In this document: positions 36,950-50,185 of the stretch, piece by piece | How the letters are laid out: each line of letters opens with the position of its first letter | Numbering within the stretch: position 1 is the stretch's first letter | DNA from: Octopus vulgaris | Taxonomy: Eukaryota | Reading direction: 5' to 3' | NCBI GenBank assembly: GCA_951406725.2 | Contig: OX597822.1 | Coordinates: forward strand, 37,634,001-37,698,000 | DNA length: 64,000 bases | Notes under the pieces: model-generated | What the model was told of the DNA's origin: nothing | What the model saw: the letters and a program-made list of their open reading frames with translations, nothing else | The model's database searches: none | Program-made: the position numbers and the translations under genes

Positions 36950-38781
36950 TGACCAGTTTCTCTTCCACACATATATATATATATATATATGCATGTATGT
37001 ATGTACCATGATAAAATGGCTGTACAATAATGATGATGATACACATGAGTAGCTTTAATAGAATACCATAATACTCACATCCCATATGCACACACACACA
37101 AATTCACATACATAGCTCCCAGGGCACACAAACACACACTCACATATACACACAACTACACCCCCACCCACCATCAGGATTCGAATTTCATGAAAATTGC
37201 GGATGAATAATTTTAATGAGGGTTCTTTCCCTCTTTACTCACCCTTACAAAAAATCTAATCATGACACATTTATTCCATACTACTCATCTTTATGCCCAG
37301 ATTCCAAAATCCAAATCTTAAGGAACCTATTCAAAAGTTTTTGATCCTGAAAAATGGAGCTCATGGAGCTCTAAAATGTGGGAGTTAAGGCCCCTACTGG
37401 AAGGGTGTCTTAAAGTCAACCAGAGAAGTTGAATTGTTGGGAATCTTTTTAACTTGGGTCTTATATCTATTGTTCAGATTTCTTTGAAATTGGAAAAATA
37501 TATATGTTCACTGAGTTTGTAAAAGAGAGCAAAGCCACAGGAAACCAAAAGATAAATGATCACAATAAGCAATCAGCTACCCTACCTGAGTCATTACCAC
37601 TCCCCAATGTAGGATTCCTCACCATACAGGTGACAGGCACAGCCATAAGATGCATTACGGATCTATAGCAATTGGAAGGGCATAACCCAACTCAAATAAA
37701 CATTAACAACTGTGTGATATGAGGGCTAAGAGGAAATGAAAGTGTCACTTCTGGAGTTTGCCAATGATCACTATGCCGATAGGACAGAATAAATTTGCAG
37801 TCTATAAATGCTTTTGAATAACCAGTCACTTATCTGGGAAGGCCTTGAAATCAATGTTACCATCTGGTGACTATCTCTGACCCAGTGATAATGAAAAGAC
37901 TTAAAGAAGGTCTGCAATGAAATAACTTTACTCAACACTTTGCAACTGAATCAGTGGAGTCAAAGATGCCTCTCCTTTACTCGACAATTTATGCACCACA
38001 TTGCAGAAATCACGATCTAAGTATTTCTCAAAGCAAAGTCTTACACTGTTGTACCATTGAATTACAAATAATGCTCATCTTTTATACTTGGGTGACCCTA
38101 CAGCTTCCAAGAGTACAACTGTATTCATCTTGGCTTAGAAAAAATGACTAAATTGTGGGTGTTAAGCCCCCATTAAGGGGTCTTATTGATTTCTAAGAAG
38201 TTGAAATTTTAGAAATATTACTTCATTAGTGTCTAATATCTATGGTTAAAATTTCATCAACAGCAAAATTATATGAATTTTCATGGGGGTTATAGCCACA
38301 TTTATGCCCCTTCACTTTCAAACATATACTGCATTACATCTGTCCTTATGCATAGAATATAATTTCCAGATTTCATAAAGATCCATTCAATAATTTTGAG
38401 GTGGTTTTCAATCATAAAAAAATGACTAAAATTTGGGTGTTAAGGCTCCCATTAGGGGGTCTTAGAATCTTCATGAGAAGCAGAAACTTTGGGAATACTT
38501 GTTGATGTGTGTCAATTACCTATGGTTGAAATTTCATCAACATCTCAAATTTATGAAATTTCATGGAGGGTTCTGCCCCCTTTAAGCCACCTCAAATTTA
38601 AACCAAACATACTGCATTATACCCACCCTTATGCATTGAATCTAAGTTCCAAATATCATAAGTAATTTTGGTCCGTGAAATTGTACGAAACATACAGCAT
38701 TACCCTTCTCCCTAGGCTTGGATTTTGTGTCCCAAATTTCATTATGAACACACATAAAGACATTGACTTTTATATAATAGA
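36598..38781 (-). mobile_element. Non-autonomous Helitron with internal ~280-bp repeats and a nested RTE-tail repeat
   Basis: Minus strand A|TCTATTATATAAAAG 5' end; GC-rich hairpin (CGGGCAATGCCGG) followed by CTAG|T at the 3' end; repeat units at about 37360, 38140 and 38418. Confidence 0.65.
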
Positions 38782-38823
38782 TATGAATATGCACATATAC
38801 ATACATGTATATATATATGTGTG

Positions 38824-38875
<52 letters not shown>

Positions 38876-39147
38876 ATACATACACACACACACACAGAAA
38901 GATAGAATGATAGATGCAATTGAGTGAAAAAAAACATCATGAGACACTGCCTTGAAGAATTTTTTGTCGAATGAATCGACCCCAGAGGTTTTTTTTTTAT
39001 TTTGATAAGCCTGGTACTTCTATCAGTTTCTCTTTGCCAAACCAGTAAGTTATGGGGATGTAAATAAACCAACACCAGTTGTAAAGCAGTGATGAGGGAG
39101 AAAGACAGACACACATACAGATACACACACACATATATAAATAAATA

Positions 39148-39425
<278 letters not shown>

Positions 39426-39602
39426 CACATACATTTGATTTCTTTCAGTTTCTGTCTACGAAATCCATTCACAAGGCTTTGGTTGGTCTAAGGCTATAGC
39501 AGAAGACACATGCCAAGTTACCACACAGTGGGACTGAACCCAGGACCATGTGTTTTGGAACCAAGTTTCTTACAACACAGCCACACCTGTTCCTATATGT
39601 GA

Positions 39603-39664
<62 letters not shown>

Positions 39665-39869
39665 AAATACACAAAGACACACCAAATCCACTAACAAGGT
39701 TTGCTCAAGGTGCCACACAATGGGAGTGAACCCAGAACCATGTGGTTGAGAAGCAAGCTTCTTACCACACAGCCACGCCTATGCCTGTTGTTGACAAATG
39801 GGAAAACAAACAATGCGCTTGCATGAAATCAAAAATATAAAATGGTGGCAATTTACCCATCACACCCTG

Positions 39870-41180
39870 GATATATATAGGATGCGTAAGATATTTGAAG
39901 ACAGATACATGTTTAAAAAAAAGCAGATATATAATAACAGATAATAACTTTATTTATCAAAAAATGCTATGGGGATAAAAATAGACCTTCTTTTCTATAA
40001 TGTTATTCAATAAAGCCACCTTCAGCTTCAACAACTGTTTCTATATGAGATCTAAATCATCTACATGCTCGAATCAAGTGGTCCTGGTTGATTTTGGACA
40101 TTACTCTGACTATGGCAGCTTTCAAAGAATCTTTGGTGTTATGGGCATGTTCATTGACCTCTTTCTCAACAACACTCCACATGTAATAGTCCAATGGATT
40201 GAGATCTGGGGGATTAGGAGGCCAAATGTTAGGGGTTATGTGATCATGAAACTTTTCAACCATCCTTTCCTGTGTTACTAGAGCCATGTGTGATAGTGCG
40301 GAGTCTTACTGAAACACATGGCCTTCCATTGCATACACTGTCTATCCAGGGCTTAACAATTATTTCCAGGACCTCAATGTAGGCAGCAGAGTTAACTCTA
40401 AGGCCTTGTGGAAAGAAGTAAAGAGGCATCACATGTCCTTCATTGTTGACAACCCCTAAAACCATATAGTTACAGGAAATTGTGTATGCATAAATAACAC
40501 TTGGAACTTCAGAGGGGTCTGCACATAACCATCTGTCATTTCTTCAGTTAACTTTTTGATCTTGGTCGAAGTTGTTCACGTTTGAGAAAAAACCAAATCA
40601 AACCTTTTTCTGCTGGATTTTTCAGTTTGTTTAAGAGCCTTTTAGATCTGATGTAGTGATTTTCTTGTGCTTTTTCTCACAAATTAACCTTTACTCATCA
40701 TATAAGACATATCTGATTGCTTTGTGGACAACATTTCTGACTGTTCCTTCTGACACATGGAGAGCTTTTGCAATTAATCTCATGGATTCTCTAGGATTGT
40801 AATCAATGGTCTGTTGAACATGCTGGATAAATTCAGGTGTTCTGATGATTTCAGAGTATTTAGAATGCTTTTTATGCCTTGATACTGGTGGTATGTTTCC
40901 CTCTTCAATCTCTAGCTCCTTACAAACTTCGTAGATGAAAGATCTGGCAACTTTTAAAAATCAAGATATTTCTAAATCGCTATGCTCAGCCTTTATAACG
41001 ACAATAACAGCTTGCCTCTTCCTTTCTTGAGTAAGCTGAGGGTCTGCCATTATTATTTTTTGAAACAAAGATTATACAGAGTTAGCAAAAAATGCAGTAA
41101 TAATCCCAAAAAGGTATGTCCTCAAATACCTTATGCACTCTGTGTATATATTCTGTGTTATTGCAGTTCGATAAAACATT
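39870..41180 (-). mobile_element. Tc1/mariner-superfamily (maT/DD37D-like) transposase pseudogene in the DUSP19 intron
   Basis: ATG at about 41050 (MADPQLTQERKRQAVI), MVLGVV..EG.VMP..FF..GLRVN, WPPNPPDLNPLDY; multiple frameshifts; boundaries approximate. Confidence 0.85.
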
Positions 41181-41280
41181 GAAAGAGGTATTTATATTTA
41201 TAGGAGTATTTCTACAAGTTAAATATTTATACAGATGTTTCCTTTCCTGAAGTGTGTACACATTTTTTGGGAGACTCTGT

Positions 41281-43090
41281 ATCATCATCATTATCATTTA
41301 GCATCTGTTGTCCATACTGGAATGGGTTGGACAGTTTGACAAGGGCTGGCATGCTGGAAGGCTACACCAGACTCCAGTCTGATTTGGCATGGTTTCTATG
41401 GCTGGATGCCCTTCCTAACACCAACCACTCCAAGAATGTAATGGGTGTTTTTATGTGCCATTTGTGTGACACTGGTGTCTGCCATGACTGCGATTTTACT
41501 TGGCTTGATGGGTCTTCTTATCAAGCACAACACAATGCCAAAGGTCTTGGTTGTTACCTCCGTGAGGCCCAACACTTGAAAGGAGCTCAGCCACTTTGCC
41601 TCCATGAGGCCCAACACTCGAAAGGTACCTTTTATGTGCCGCCAACATGTATGCCATTTGTGTCACACTAGTGTCAGCCATGACTATGATTTCACTTGGC
41701 TTGATGGGCCTTCTCAAAGGTCTCGGTCACTAGTCATTGCCACTGTGTGGCCCAAAGTTCAAAGACCATGCTTCCCCACCTTGTCTTGTGTCTACCTCTA
41801 CCACAGATTCCATCCAAAGTTAGAGACTGGCACTTCTTTACGCAACTGTCCTCGTCAATACACATCACATGGTCATACCAGTGCAGTCATCTGTCTTGCA
41901 TGCCACTTATGCCCAACTTTTCTCTCAAGATGCTTACACTTTGTTGAACATGTACACTGACATTGCACATCCAGCAAAGCATACTGGCTTCATTTCTTTC
42001 AAGCCTATGCATGTCCTTGGCTGTCACAGCCTATGTTTCACTGCCATGTAGCATAGCTGTTTGCATACAGGCATTATACAATCTGTCTTTCACTCCGAGA
42101 GAGAGGCCCTTTAATATCACTAGAGGTAGAAGCTCTCTGAACTTTGCCCAGCTTAATCTTATTCTCACAGCTACGCTCTTGGAGCATCCACCTCAGCTAC
42201 TAACTTGGTCGCCTAGATAACAGAAGCTATCTACTACCTCTAGCTTACCCTGCTGGCAGTTGATGGAGTCTATTTTCTGTACATTTTCAGTGTTTATTTA
42301 TACCTGTGCATTTTCCACACACAAAAGCTATTTTCTCTGTTAACCTTCCTCTGATATTGCTGCACTTCTTATGTGTCCAAAGCTTACACTGGGTACATCT
42401 TATGGAGTTTCTACCTACACCTTTCCTACAGATTGAGCAGGGTCATCTACCTGAAGGGATTTGTGATTTGTCTGCCTTCTTACGCACTGGGACTTTGGTT
42501 TTAGTTAGATCAACTCTAAGGCCCTTCGATTCTAGACCTTGCTTCCATACCTGGAACTTCTTCACTAGTTCTGGTAGTGATTCAGCTTTAAGAAGGTCAT
42601 CAGCATAGAGGAGCTCCCAGGGGCAGCCTGTCTTGAGTTGCCTGGAGGACTATGATGAACAAGAAGGGGCTGAGGACTGATTCTTGGTGAACCTCTACTT
42701 GTACCCCGAATTCTTCACTGTACTTGTTGCCAACCCTCACCTTACATGTCCCTGTACATGTCTTGTACAGTTCTCACCAACCACTCATCTATCCCTAGTT
42801 TCTGCATTGACCACCAGATAAGGGATCGGGGGACCCTGTCAAAGACTTTCTTCAAGTCAACAAAAGCCAAGTACAGAGGTTTATCTTTGGCTAGGTATTT
42901 CTCCTGCTTCTTCCTGGCACAAAGCCAAACTACATCTCATCTCGACTAATTCACTCCCTAATTAGTTGGGCTATGACCTTCTCCATAACTTTCATCACCT
43001 GATCCAACAATTTGATACCTCTACAATTATTTTTATTTAAGGCGTCACTTTTACCTTTGTAGCAGTTGACTATGGTGCTGCTACACCAGA
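41281..43090 (-). mobile_element. RTE-clade LINE, 3' portion (RT fragments, 3'UTR, (GAT)n tail)
   Basis: YKGKSDAL..NCRGIKLLDQVMKV, AFVDLKKVFDRVP, HQESVLSPFLF and LLYADDL motifs; cat-repeat tail at 41281. Confidence 0.88.
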
Positions 43091-43769
43091 CATTGATGTG
43101 TGATCGAGTGTATATTTGTATCACTTTGCCGTGATATTGTATGATTATTGTAATCAAATGTCGTTTTGCAAAAACATGTCTGGCCATCAGGAAAATGTTA
43201 CTGTGTTTAAAAATAGGTAAGGATGTGTGATAGGAAGGCCATCTAGTTGTAGAAAGTCTGCCATTATCATCATCATTTAACGTTCATTGTCCATGCTGGC
43301 ATGGGTTGGATGGTTTGACTGGGCTGGCACATTGGAAGGCTGCACCAGACTCCAGTCTGATTTGGCATGGTTTTCTACAATTGGATGCCCTTCCTAACAC
43401 CAACCCCTCTGAGAGTATAATGGGTGCCATTTGCATGACACCAGTATCTGCCACGACTGTGATTTTGCTTGGCTTCATGGGTCTTCTTCTCAAGCACAAC
43501 ATAATGCCAAAGGTCTTGGTCATTGTCTATGTGCGGCCCAACACTCGAAAGGAACCTAACCACTTTGCCTCCATGAGACCCAATGCTCGATAGGAACTCA
43601 GCCACTTTGCCTTTGTGAAACCCAACGCTCAAAAGGTGTTCTTTAAACTCCATTAAAATGATGTTGATGAGATGATAGCTACCTGGGGTTAAATAACAAG
43701 AACAACAACATTGCATACAGTACAAAATATAGAAACATGATCAACAAATATGAAAACTATGACGCTTAC

Positions 43770-43998
43770 CTAAAACGAGACCTCTCCGTATTTCTCCAAC
43801 TTGAAGGTCAGCCCTTAAATCTCCAACAAACCCCCACCGCCCATGATTTGTCATAGTTGTAGTCAAACGTCCAGCTGCATCTTTATTTTCTGTATATATT
43901 TGACCACCTGGAGTTGTGATTCGAGTTTCTGTCTTTTTTAGTTCATCTTTCTGGAACTTCCGTAGTTCGGAATGAAGTTTGGTAAGATTTTGAGCCAT
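43770..43998 (-). CDS. DUSP19: Dual-specificity phosphatase 19, first coding exon
   Basis: Acceptor tttttcag|A directly before the ATG implies an upstream 5'UTR exon; MAQNLTKLHSELRKFQKDELKKTETRITTPGG...WGFVGDLRADLQVGEIRRGLVL matches DUSP19 (LRKQCTRVTT.TG...GYVQDLSSDLQVG); donor G|GTAAGC, phase 1. Confidence 0.9.
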
Positions 43999-44020
43999 TC
44001 TGAAAAAGGTATTTACAAAC

Positions 44021-44053
<33 letters not shown>

Positions 44054-44330
44054 CAGGGTGTGGTGAATAAACTGTCATCTAAATTATACAAAATGAAAAT
44101 AACACTTACATCTCATTTTAACAGATATATTCACCAAAATTACATAAAAATATCTTGAAATACTAGACAGTAAATTTATTCAATAAAATCGCCATTGGCT
44201 TCAACAAAAGCCTCCAGACAACTTTGGAATCTCCTGTAACTCTTCTGGACGGTTTCCTCGTTTAAGTTGGTGAATGCTGCCATAATCTTTGCCTTCAGTT
44301 CATTTTTGGTGTTACAAGGAGTTTTGAAAC
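44054..44330 (-). mobile_element. 3' end fragment of a Tc1/maT-like element
   Basis: TA|CAGGGTG terminus; translates KTPCNTKNELKAKIMAAFTNLNEETVQ...LEAFVEANGDFIE*, a typical transposase C-terminus. Confidence 0.75.
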
Positions 44331-44849
44331 TAATATCAGGAAGCGTTCTCTGGAGTATATGTTGGCTGAAGCTATGGTAAGAGGAATGGGGAAAGAATCA
44401 TGGCTCCTGGATTTCTGGGATGCAAATGAGCTAATTTCATGAACCTCCTGAAGCAATATGAGCTCAACAAAACAGGCAGCCACCTGATCAGGCAAGCAAA
44501 CAGACAGACTTTATTCTCTCAAAGAAAAGGGTAGGTAGATAGTTGTAGATACCAAACTTATTCCCACATGAACAATGTAAGGTCCAAAATAAATTAGCGA
44601 TTACAACAGAAAGACAATTAATGCCCCAAATGACACAATACCCAAACACTTTCATATAAAATGCTTCCTTACTCCCCCACCCCCCAGTAGAGGCAACAAC
44701 CTTAACAATTCTAACATGTTTGAATGAAGGTAGGTTAAAAGCAGGAACAACTATTATGACTTCTGTTACCAAATGATCATGAGAACCTTCTTTTCAGATG
44801 CTGTGTTACATCTCATATCTCTTTCCCAGTTTTCAGAGTTGGTACAGCA

Positions 44850-46125
44850 AATGTAAGCACATTAAAAGGTAGGCTTTTGTGTGTGACAGATGCACAGGGG
44901 CAATAAACACTGAAGATGTACAGAAAACAAATTCCATCAAATACCAGGGGGAGAAACTAGTAGTAGTTAATAGCTTCCATTACCTAGGTGACCAAGTCTG
45001 TAGTGGGAGGGATTGCTCTGAGAGTGTAGTAGCTAGAATAAGAATAGCCTGGGCAAAGTTCAGGGAGCTCCTATCTCTGCTGGTAACTAAGGGCCTCTTG
45101 CTCAGGATGAAAGGTAGACTATGATGTATGAGTGCGAACTGCCATGCTACATGTCAGTGAAACATGGGCCATGACTGCTGAGGACATGCGTAGGCTTGAA
45201 AGAAATGAAGCTAGTGTGATTCACTGGATGTGTAATGTCAGTGTGCATACACAACAGAGTGTAAGCCCCTGAGAGTAATGCTGGGCATAAAAAGCATCGA
45301 ATGTGGTGTGCAAGAGAGACGACTGCGCTGGTATGATTATGTGTTACATATGGATGAAGACAGCTGTGTGAGGAAGTGCCACTCCCTAACTGTGAAAGGA
45401 ATCTGCAGAAGAACTAGACCCAGGAAGACATGGGATGAAGTGGTGAAGCAGGACCTTCGAACACTGGGCCTCACAGAGGCAATGACAGGAGACAGACCTT
45501 TGGAGATATGTTGTGATTGAGAAGACTCAGCAACTAAAGTGAGATCGCGGCCATGCATATCTGGCCCAGTTAAGAGTACTCCTGATGTGTTGGGTGATAT
45601 GATATGCATGAGAAGACCTGTTGAGTCAAGTAAAACCAATATTGTAGCTCTGGCCAGTGTCCTGCTGACTGACTCCCATGCTGGTGGCACATAAAAACCA
45701 CCATCTGAATGTGACCAATGCCAATAACCCCTGACTGTCTACTGTGCTGGTGACATGTAAAAAGCACTACCCAAACATGATCGATGCCAGGACTGCCTGA
45801 CTGGCCCCTGTGCTGGTGGCACATAAAAAGCACTATTTGAACCTGGCCAATGCCAGTACCCGCTAACTGGTTCCTGTGCTGGTGGCTCGTAAAAAGCACT
45901 ATCCGAACATGATCAATGTCAGGCCCACCTGACTGGCTCCTGTGTCAGTGGTACATAAAAAGCACCCACCACACTCTTGGAGTGGTTGGCATTAGGAAGG
46001 GTATCCAGCTATAGAAATATTGCCAGGTCAGATTGGAGCCTAGTACAGCTGCTAGCTCTCCAGACCTCAGTCAAACCGTCCAACCCATGCCAGCATGGGA
46101 AACAGACATTAAACAATGATGATGG
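44850..46125 (+). mobile_element. RTE-clade LINE, 3' portion with 60-bp tandem repeats in the 3'UTR
   Basis: SFHYLG...ARIRIAWAKFREL, RRLRWY...RPRKTWDEVV; ends in aatgatgatg; similar (about 80% by eye) to the inverted copy at 41281-43090. Confidence 0.88.
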
Positions 46126-46648
46126 TGAAAGGGCAATTTGAAGACGGAAGACAAGGAAGATGAAAGTGGCCTTGGCTGGATGTAGTTTATGACAGATGGA
46201 AGAGATGTTAACTTATAACATAGAATCAAACTTATAACAATAGAAGTGATTTCTGTGTTAGCTAGAAAGTGATGTAGTGGTAGAACTCTATAGTATTAAA
46301 AGTCAAGAAACAAGCTTGGAAGAGGGGGGGGGGGCAGCAGAGATCAATGACAAGTAGGTAAAAGAGAAGTTAGGCGTCTGGTATTTGGAATTAGAGGAAA
46401 CATTGAACATAAGAGGTTTAAACATGTTCTCTGACATGAGGATCAAAATCTCCTTAACTGTATCTGATAGCTTTTGTTACCAAGGTGATCAAATTAGCAG
46501 CACAGGCAGGTACTTCAAAAGCATAGTAACCAGACCAAGAATGAGATAGAAAAAAAAATCAGTGAGTTATTGCCTTATAGAGTGAAGGGTAGATAGTGTG
46601 ATGCTTGTATACAAAGTATGATGTTGTAGGGTAGCAAAATATGGGTCT

Positions 46649-46850
46649 TAACCCTTTAGCATTTAAACCAGCCATATCCAGCCTAAATATTCTACTTGTT
46701 TTATTTTCTGGCCTCTCACACCTGCCCTACAATGTCATTATAAAAATAAACAGGTAGCTCATTGAAATCTCTATGCAACAAGATTAATTCAAACAATGTG
46801 AATAAATAAAGATTACATTTGACAAAGTAACCTGAATGCAAAAGGGTTAA
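46649..46850. mobile_element. piggyBac-like TTAA MITE
   Basis: TTAA|CCCTTTAGCATT ... AATGCAAAAGGG|TTAA. Confidence 0.7.
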
Positions 46851-47332
46851 ATGAAGAGGATTTATGAAGGGCAAGAAATAAACTGAACATGGTCCACTAT
46901 GTGCGTAATGTTGGTGTACATGAATAATGAAGCACAAATGCTAGATGTAGGGGAAACTGGATGTCAGGTGTAAGAAGACTATGATGGTAGAGGCTTGCAA
47001 TGCATAGAAATTAGCAGCTGTACTAACTGTATAGAAAAGTGTAGGATACTCAAAGTGGATGGAATCTGAGCAAGAAGGAGACTCAGGAAGACAGCGAGGG
47101 ATGCTGAGCTTCACAAAAGAAATAACAAAGGATCAATGACTGGTGGCATACAATGCTAGAAAAGACCTGCCTACCCATAAAAATAATGGAGGCTGGGAGA
47201 TATACGCAGTGTGTCTGTAAAGTTTCCTTCACTTATCTGAATGGAGTATCAATTAGATCTGTATAGGGCAACAAATGAAAGCCACATTGAACAGCACTAA
47301 ACCATATGTAAACTTTATTAGTTTACATATGG

Positions 47333-47376
<44 letters not shown>

Positions 47377-47379
<3 letters not shown>

Positions 47380-47915
47380 GTGGTATGGTCAAAAGTATCC
47401 AGACTGCTGCTATAGTAATGAAGCTAAAGCATGCAGAGTAAAGCCACTTGGCACAGATTGACCTTGAACTCTGCTGTGCATATAAATTTAAACGTTATAG
47501 CTCACTTTTGCTGCTTACAGCTGTACTTGGAAGGAATGTGTGTAGTATGTGATCATTGCACTGACCATAATAGAGAAAAATAAGCAGAGAATCTGCATCA
47601 AATTTTGCCAAAAGCTTGGTGATACCTGCTCAGAGTGTATGAGCGGTTCAGACATTTCCAAGATGGCCAAAAAATATTGATAGCAATGAACATTCTGAGA
47701 GACCCGCAACCAGCAGAACTGAGAAAAGCATTGCAGATGTGCATGCAGCTGTGAAGTGAAATCGTTGAATCACCATCCATGAGTTATCAGAGGATGTACA
47801 GATTAGTTACGGTTCAGTTCAGTCCATTATCACTAAAGATTTGGGTATGGGATACGTGACTGCCAAGTTTGTGCCAAAATTACTTTCAGCTGACCAAAAA
47901 GACACTCGGGTTTCA
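47377..47915 (+). mobile_element. mariner transposon 5' fragment
   Basis: QRICIKFCQKLG, RPATSRT and TIHELSEDVQISYGSVQSIITKDLG...AKFVPKLLS, mariner N-terminal motifs. Confidence 0.8.
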
Positions 47916-47929
47916 GTTCATTTATTCGT

Positions 47930-49099
47930 TCCACAATGCGGAACAAATAAATGAACATCTGAGACAATATGACGACAAAAAACAGTCCTCCATACTCTAC
48001 CAACATGCCAAAGACCACCATGGAGGCAACTTGGGTCAACTTGACATCTGCATCTTATCCAAGCACCCAAAAGACCCAACACAGGAGTATGTCCTTATAA
48101 ATGAAACCTTTCCAATACTAAATAGGAAATATACATGGTAGATATAATACCTCCATACCCACAGTTTACACAGGTAGAGTAGAATAGTTAGTGGACTGTT
48201 ATGTAGATTTATGTAGATAGCTGTATGTATGTGTGTGTGTGTGGGTGTGAGTGTATGCACATATATATATTTTTTTTATGTGAGCATATGGATATGAAAA
48301 TAAACAGATCAACATACAGACGGATAGGTACATAAGTTATAAGAACAGACAAGCACACATACACAAATGGAGATTGACACACATGACCATATATACACAC
48401 ACACTTTACTCCACACAAGGACACATATGGAGACACGGATCCACACATATAGAGATGCACATCCATCCATACATGCAAACATGGTACATAGTTGCATAAC
48501 ACACACACAAGGAGTCAGAGGTGCGTACATATACAAACACCCACTCACACATACATAGAAAATACACAAACACAGACATGCAAGCACATGAATATACAGG
48601 ATACATACATACAGATGCACACACATATATACATACATACACATGTGTACATACATATGTACATGCATAGGTACACACTGACCCACACACATGCGCACAA
48701 ATAAACAAAAAGGAACGCAGTGTAAATAATGGATAGAGTCAAGACTATTGAAAAGGTTGCAATACACAACGAAAAGTTTAGGAAAATAAAAATAAGAAAT
48801 AAGTGGAAATTTTACCGGTGAGTGTGTTACATTATAAGGCACAAAAAGAAAACGACTCTCCCCAGACACAACAGAATATGCTTCAACACACGAACTCATA
48901 TAAAGAATCTTGCAAACCAAATCCCAAAATGATATATATATATATTTTTTTCCTCTGTCTTCCCTTCTCCTATGTTTCCGACGAAGAGCTCCGCTCGAAA
49001 CGTTAAACCCCCCTTCTTTCCTGAGCGTCCAGTAATACTATATTTGTTCCACGTCCTTGCGTTGTTGTGTTTTTTTTGTGCTTTCTTGTTTGGATTAAC

Positions 49100-49100
<1 letters not shown>
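47930..49100 (+). mobile_element. 5'-truncated Penelope-like retroelement (GIY-YIG C-terminus, low-complexity 3'UTR, hammerhead-bearing end)
   Basis: INEHLRQ...SSILYQHAKDHH...ILSKH...E.VLINETFPILNRK* resembles the PLE endonuclease C-terminus; minimal hammerhead motif at 48974-49008. Confidence 0.7.
48974..49008 (+). ncRNA. Minimal type I hammerhead ribozyme motif (variant core)
   Basis: GUUU-CCGACGA-A-GAGC(UCC)GCUC-GAAAC-GU-U-AAAC; palindromic ACGU stem III; U4>C core variant. Confidence 0.6.
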
Positions 49101-49133
<33 letters not shown>

Positions 49134-49344
49134 TACATGTCAGGGTGATAGAACAAATTGTATTAGTAGAGGTACAGCTTTGGCTCTCTTTGCAGTTAGC
49201 ATTAAGGAAAAGGCAGGAATGAATGGACAGAGACAATGTAAAAAAAAAAGAGTATCACACAATATCATGCTGAATTATGTTAAGGGTATGAGTACCAGTG
49301 GAAATACACAAATAGCTCATGTAGTGTAAGATTGAGGATTACAT

Positions 49345-50185
49345 TAACTCTTTACCATTTAAATTGGTCATATCAGGCCAAAATATTCTACCTGCTTTAT
49401 GTTCAAAATGGCCAGATTTGGCCTCTCTCACCTACCCTACAATACCATCCTAAAAATTGAAATCTTGAAGCTACAAGATAATGCATGATTAATTTAAAAC
49501 GATGTGAATAAATAGGCATTACATTTGATAGAGTAATTTGAATGCTAAGGGATTAATGTTTATCCCTTTCGATATCAATGAGGCTGAAACTGTCTCTGGC
49601 TCTGTAGTACAAATGTCTTGTTTTCATAACTTTTGAATGAAAATCTTCCACCAAACCTTAGTCACAATTTATGTTCCTAACACTAGCTTAATGATAACTA
49701 AGTTATTTTACTAAATTCTTTGTTATATTTAAAATTAATTGAAAGAAACAGAGAATCTCAACAGAAATATGGTGACAAAAGGATTAAAATCACCATGATA
49801 TTTTAAACCCTTTTGATACTAACTCAGCTGAAACTGCCTCTGGATCTGTACTACAAATGTTTTGTTTTCATAAGTTTTGAATCAAAATCTTCTACCAAAC
49901 TTTAGTCACAATTTATGTTCCTAACAATAGCTTAATGATAACTAAGTTATTTTACTAAATTCTTTACTATATTTAAAATTAATTGAAAGAAACACAGAGC
50001 ATCTCAAAATAAATATGGAAACTAGCCAGCTCTGGCCTCTCACACCTACCTTAGAATGTCATTCTAAACATAATCAATAATATCATCAAAATCTTAAAGC
50101 TATGAAATAATGCACGATTAATTCAAAATAACGAGAATAAATAAGCAATACATTCAACAGAATATTCTGAATGCTGAAGAGTTAA
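49345..50185. mobile_element. Cluster of TTAA MITEs including a tandem ~240-bp duplicate (49560-49785/49806-50015)
   Basis: Repeated CCCTTT...AAAGG(G)TTAA termini; near-identical adjacent units. Confidence 0.62.
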
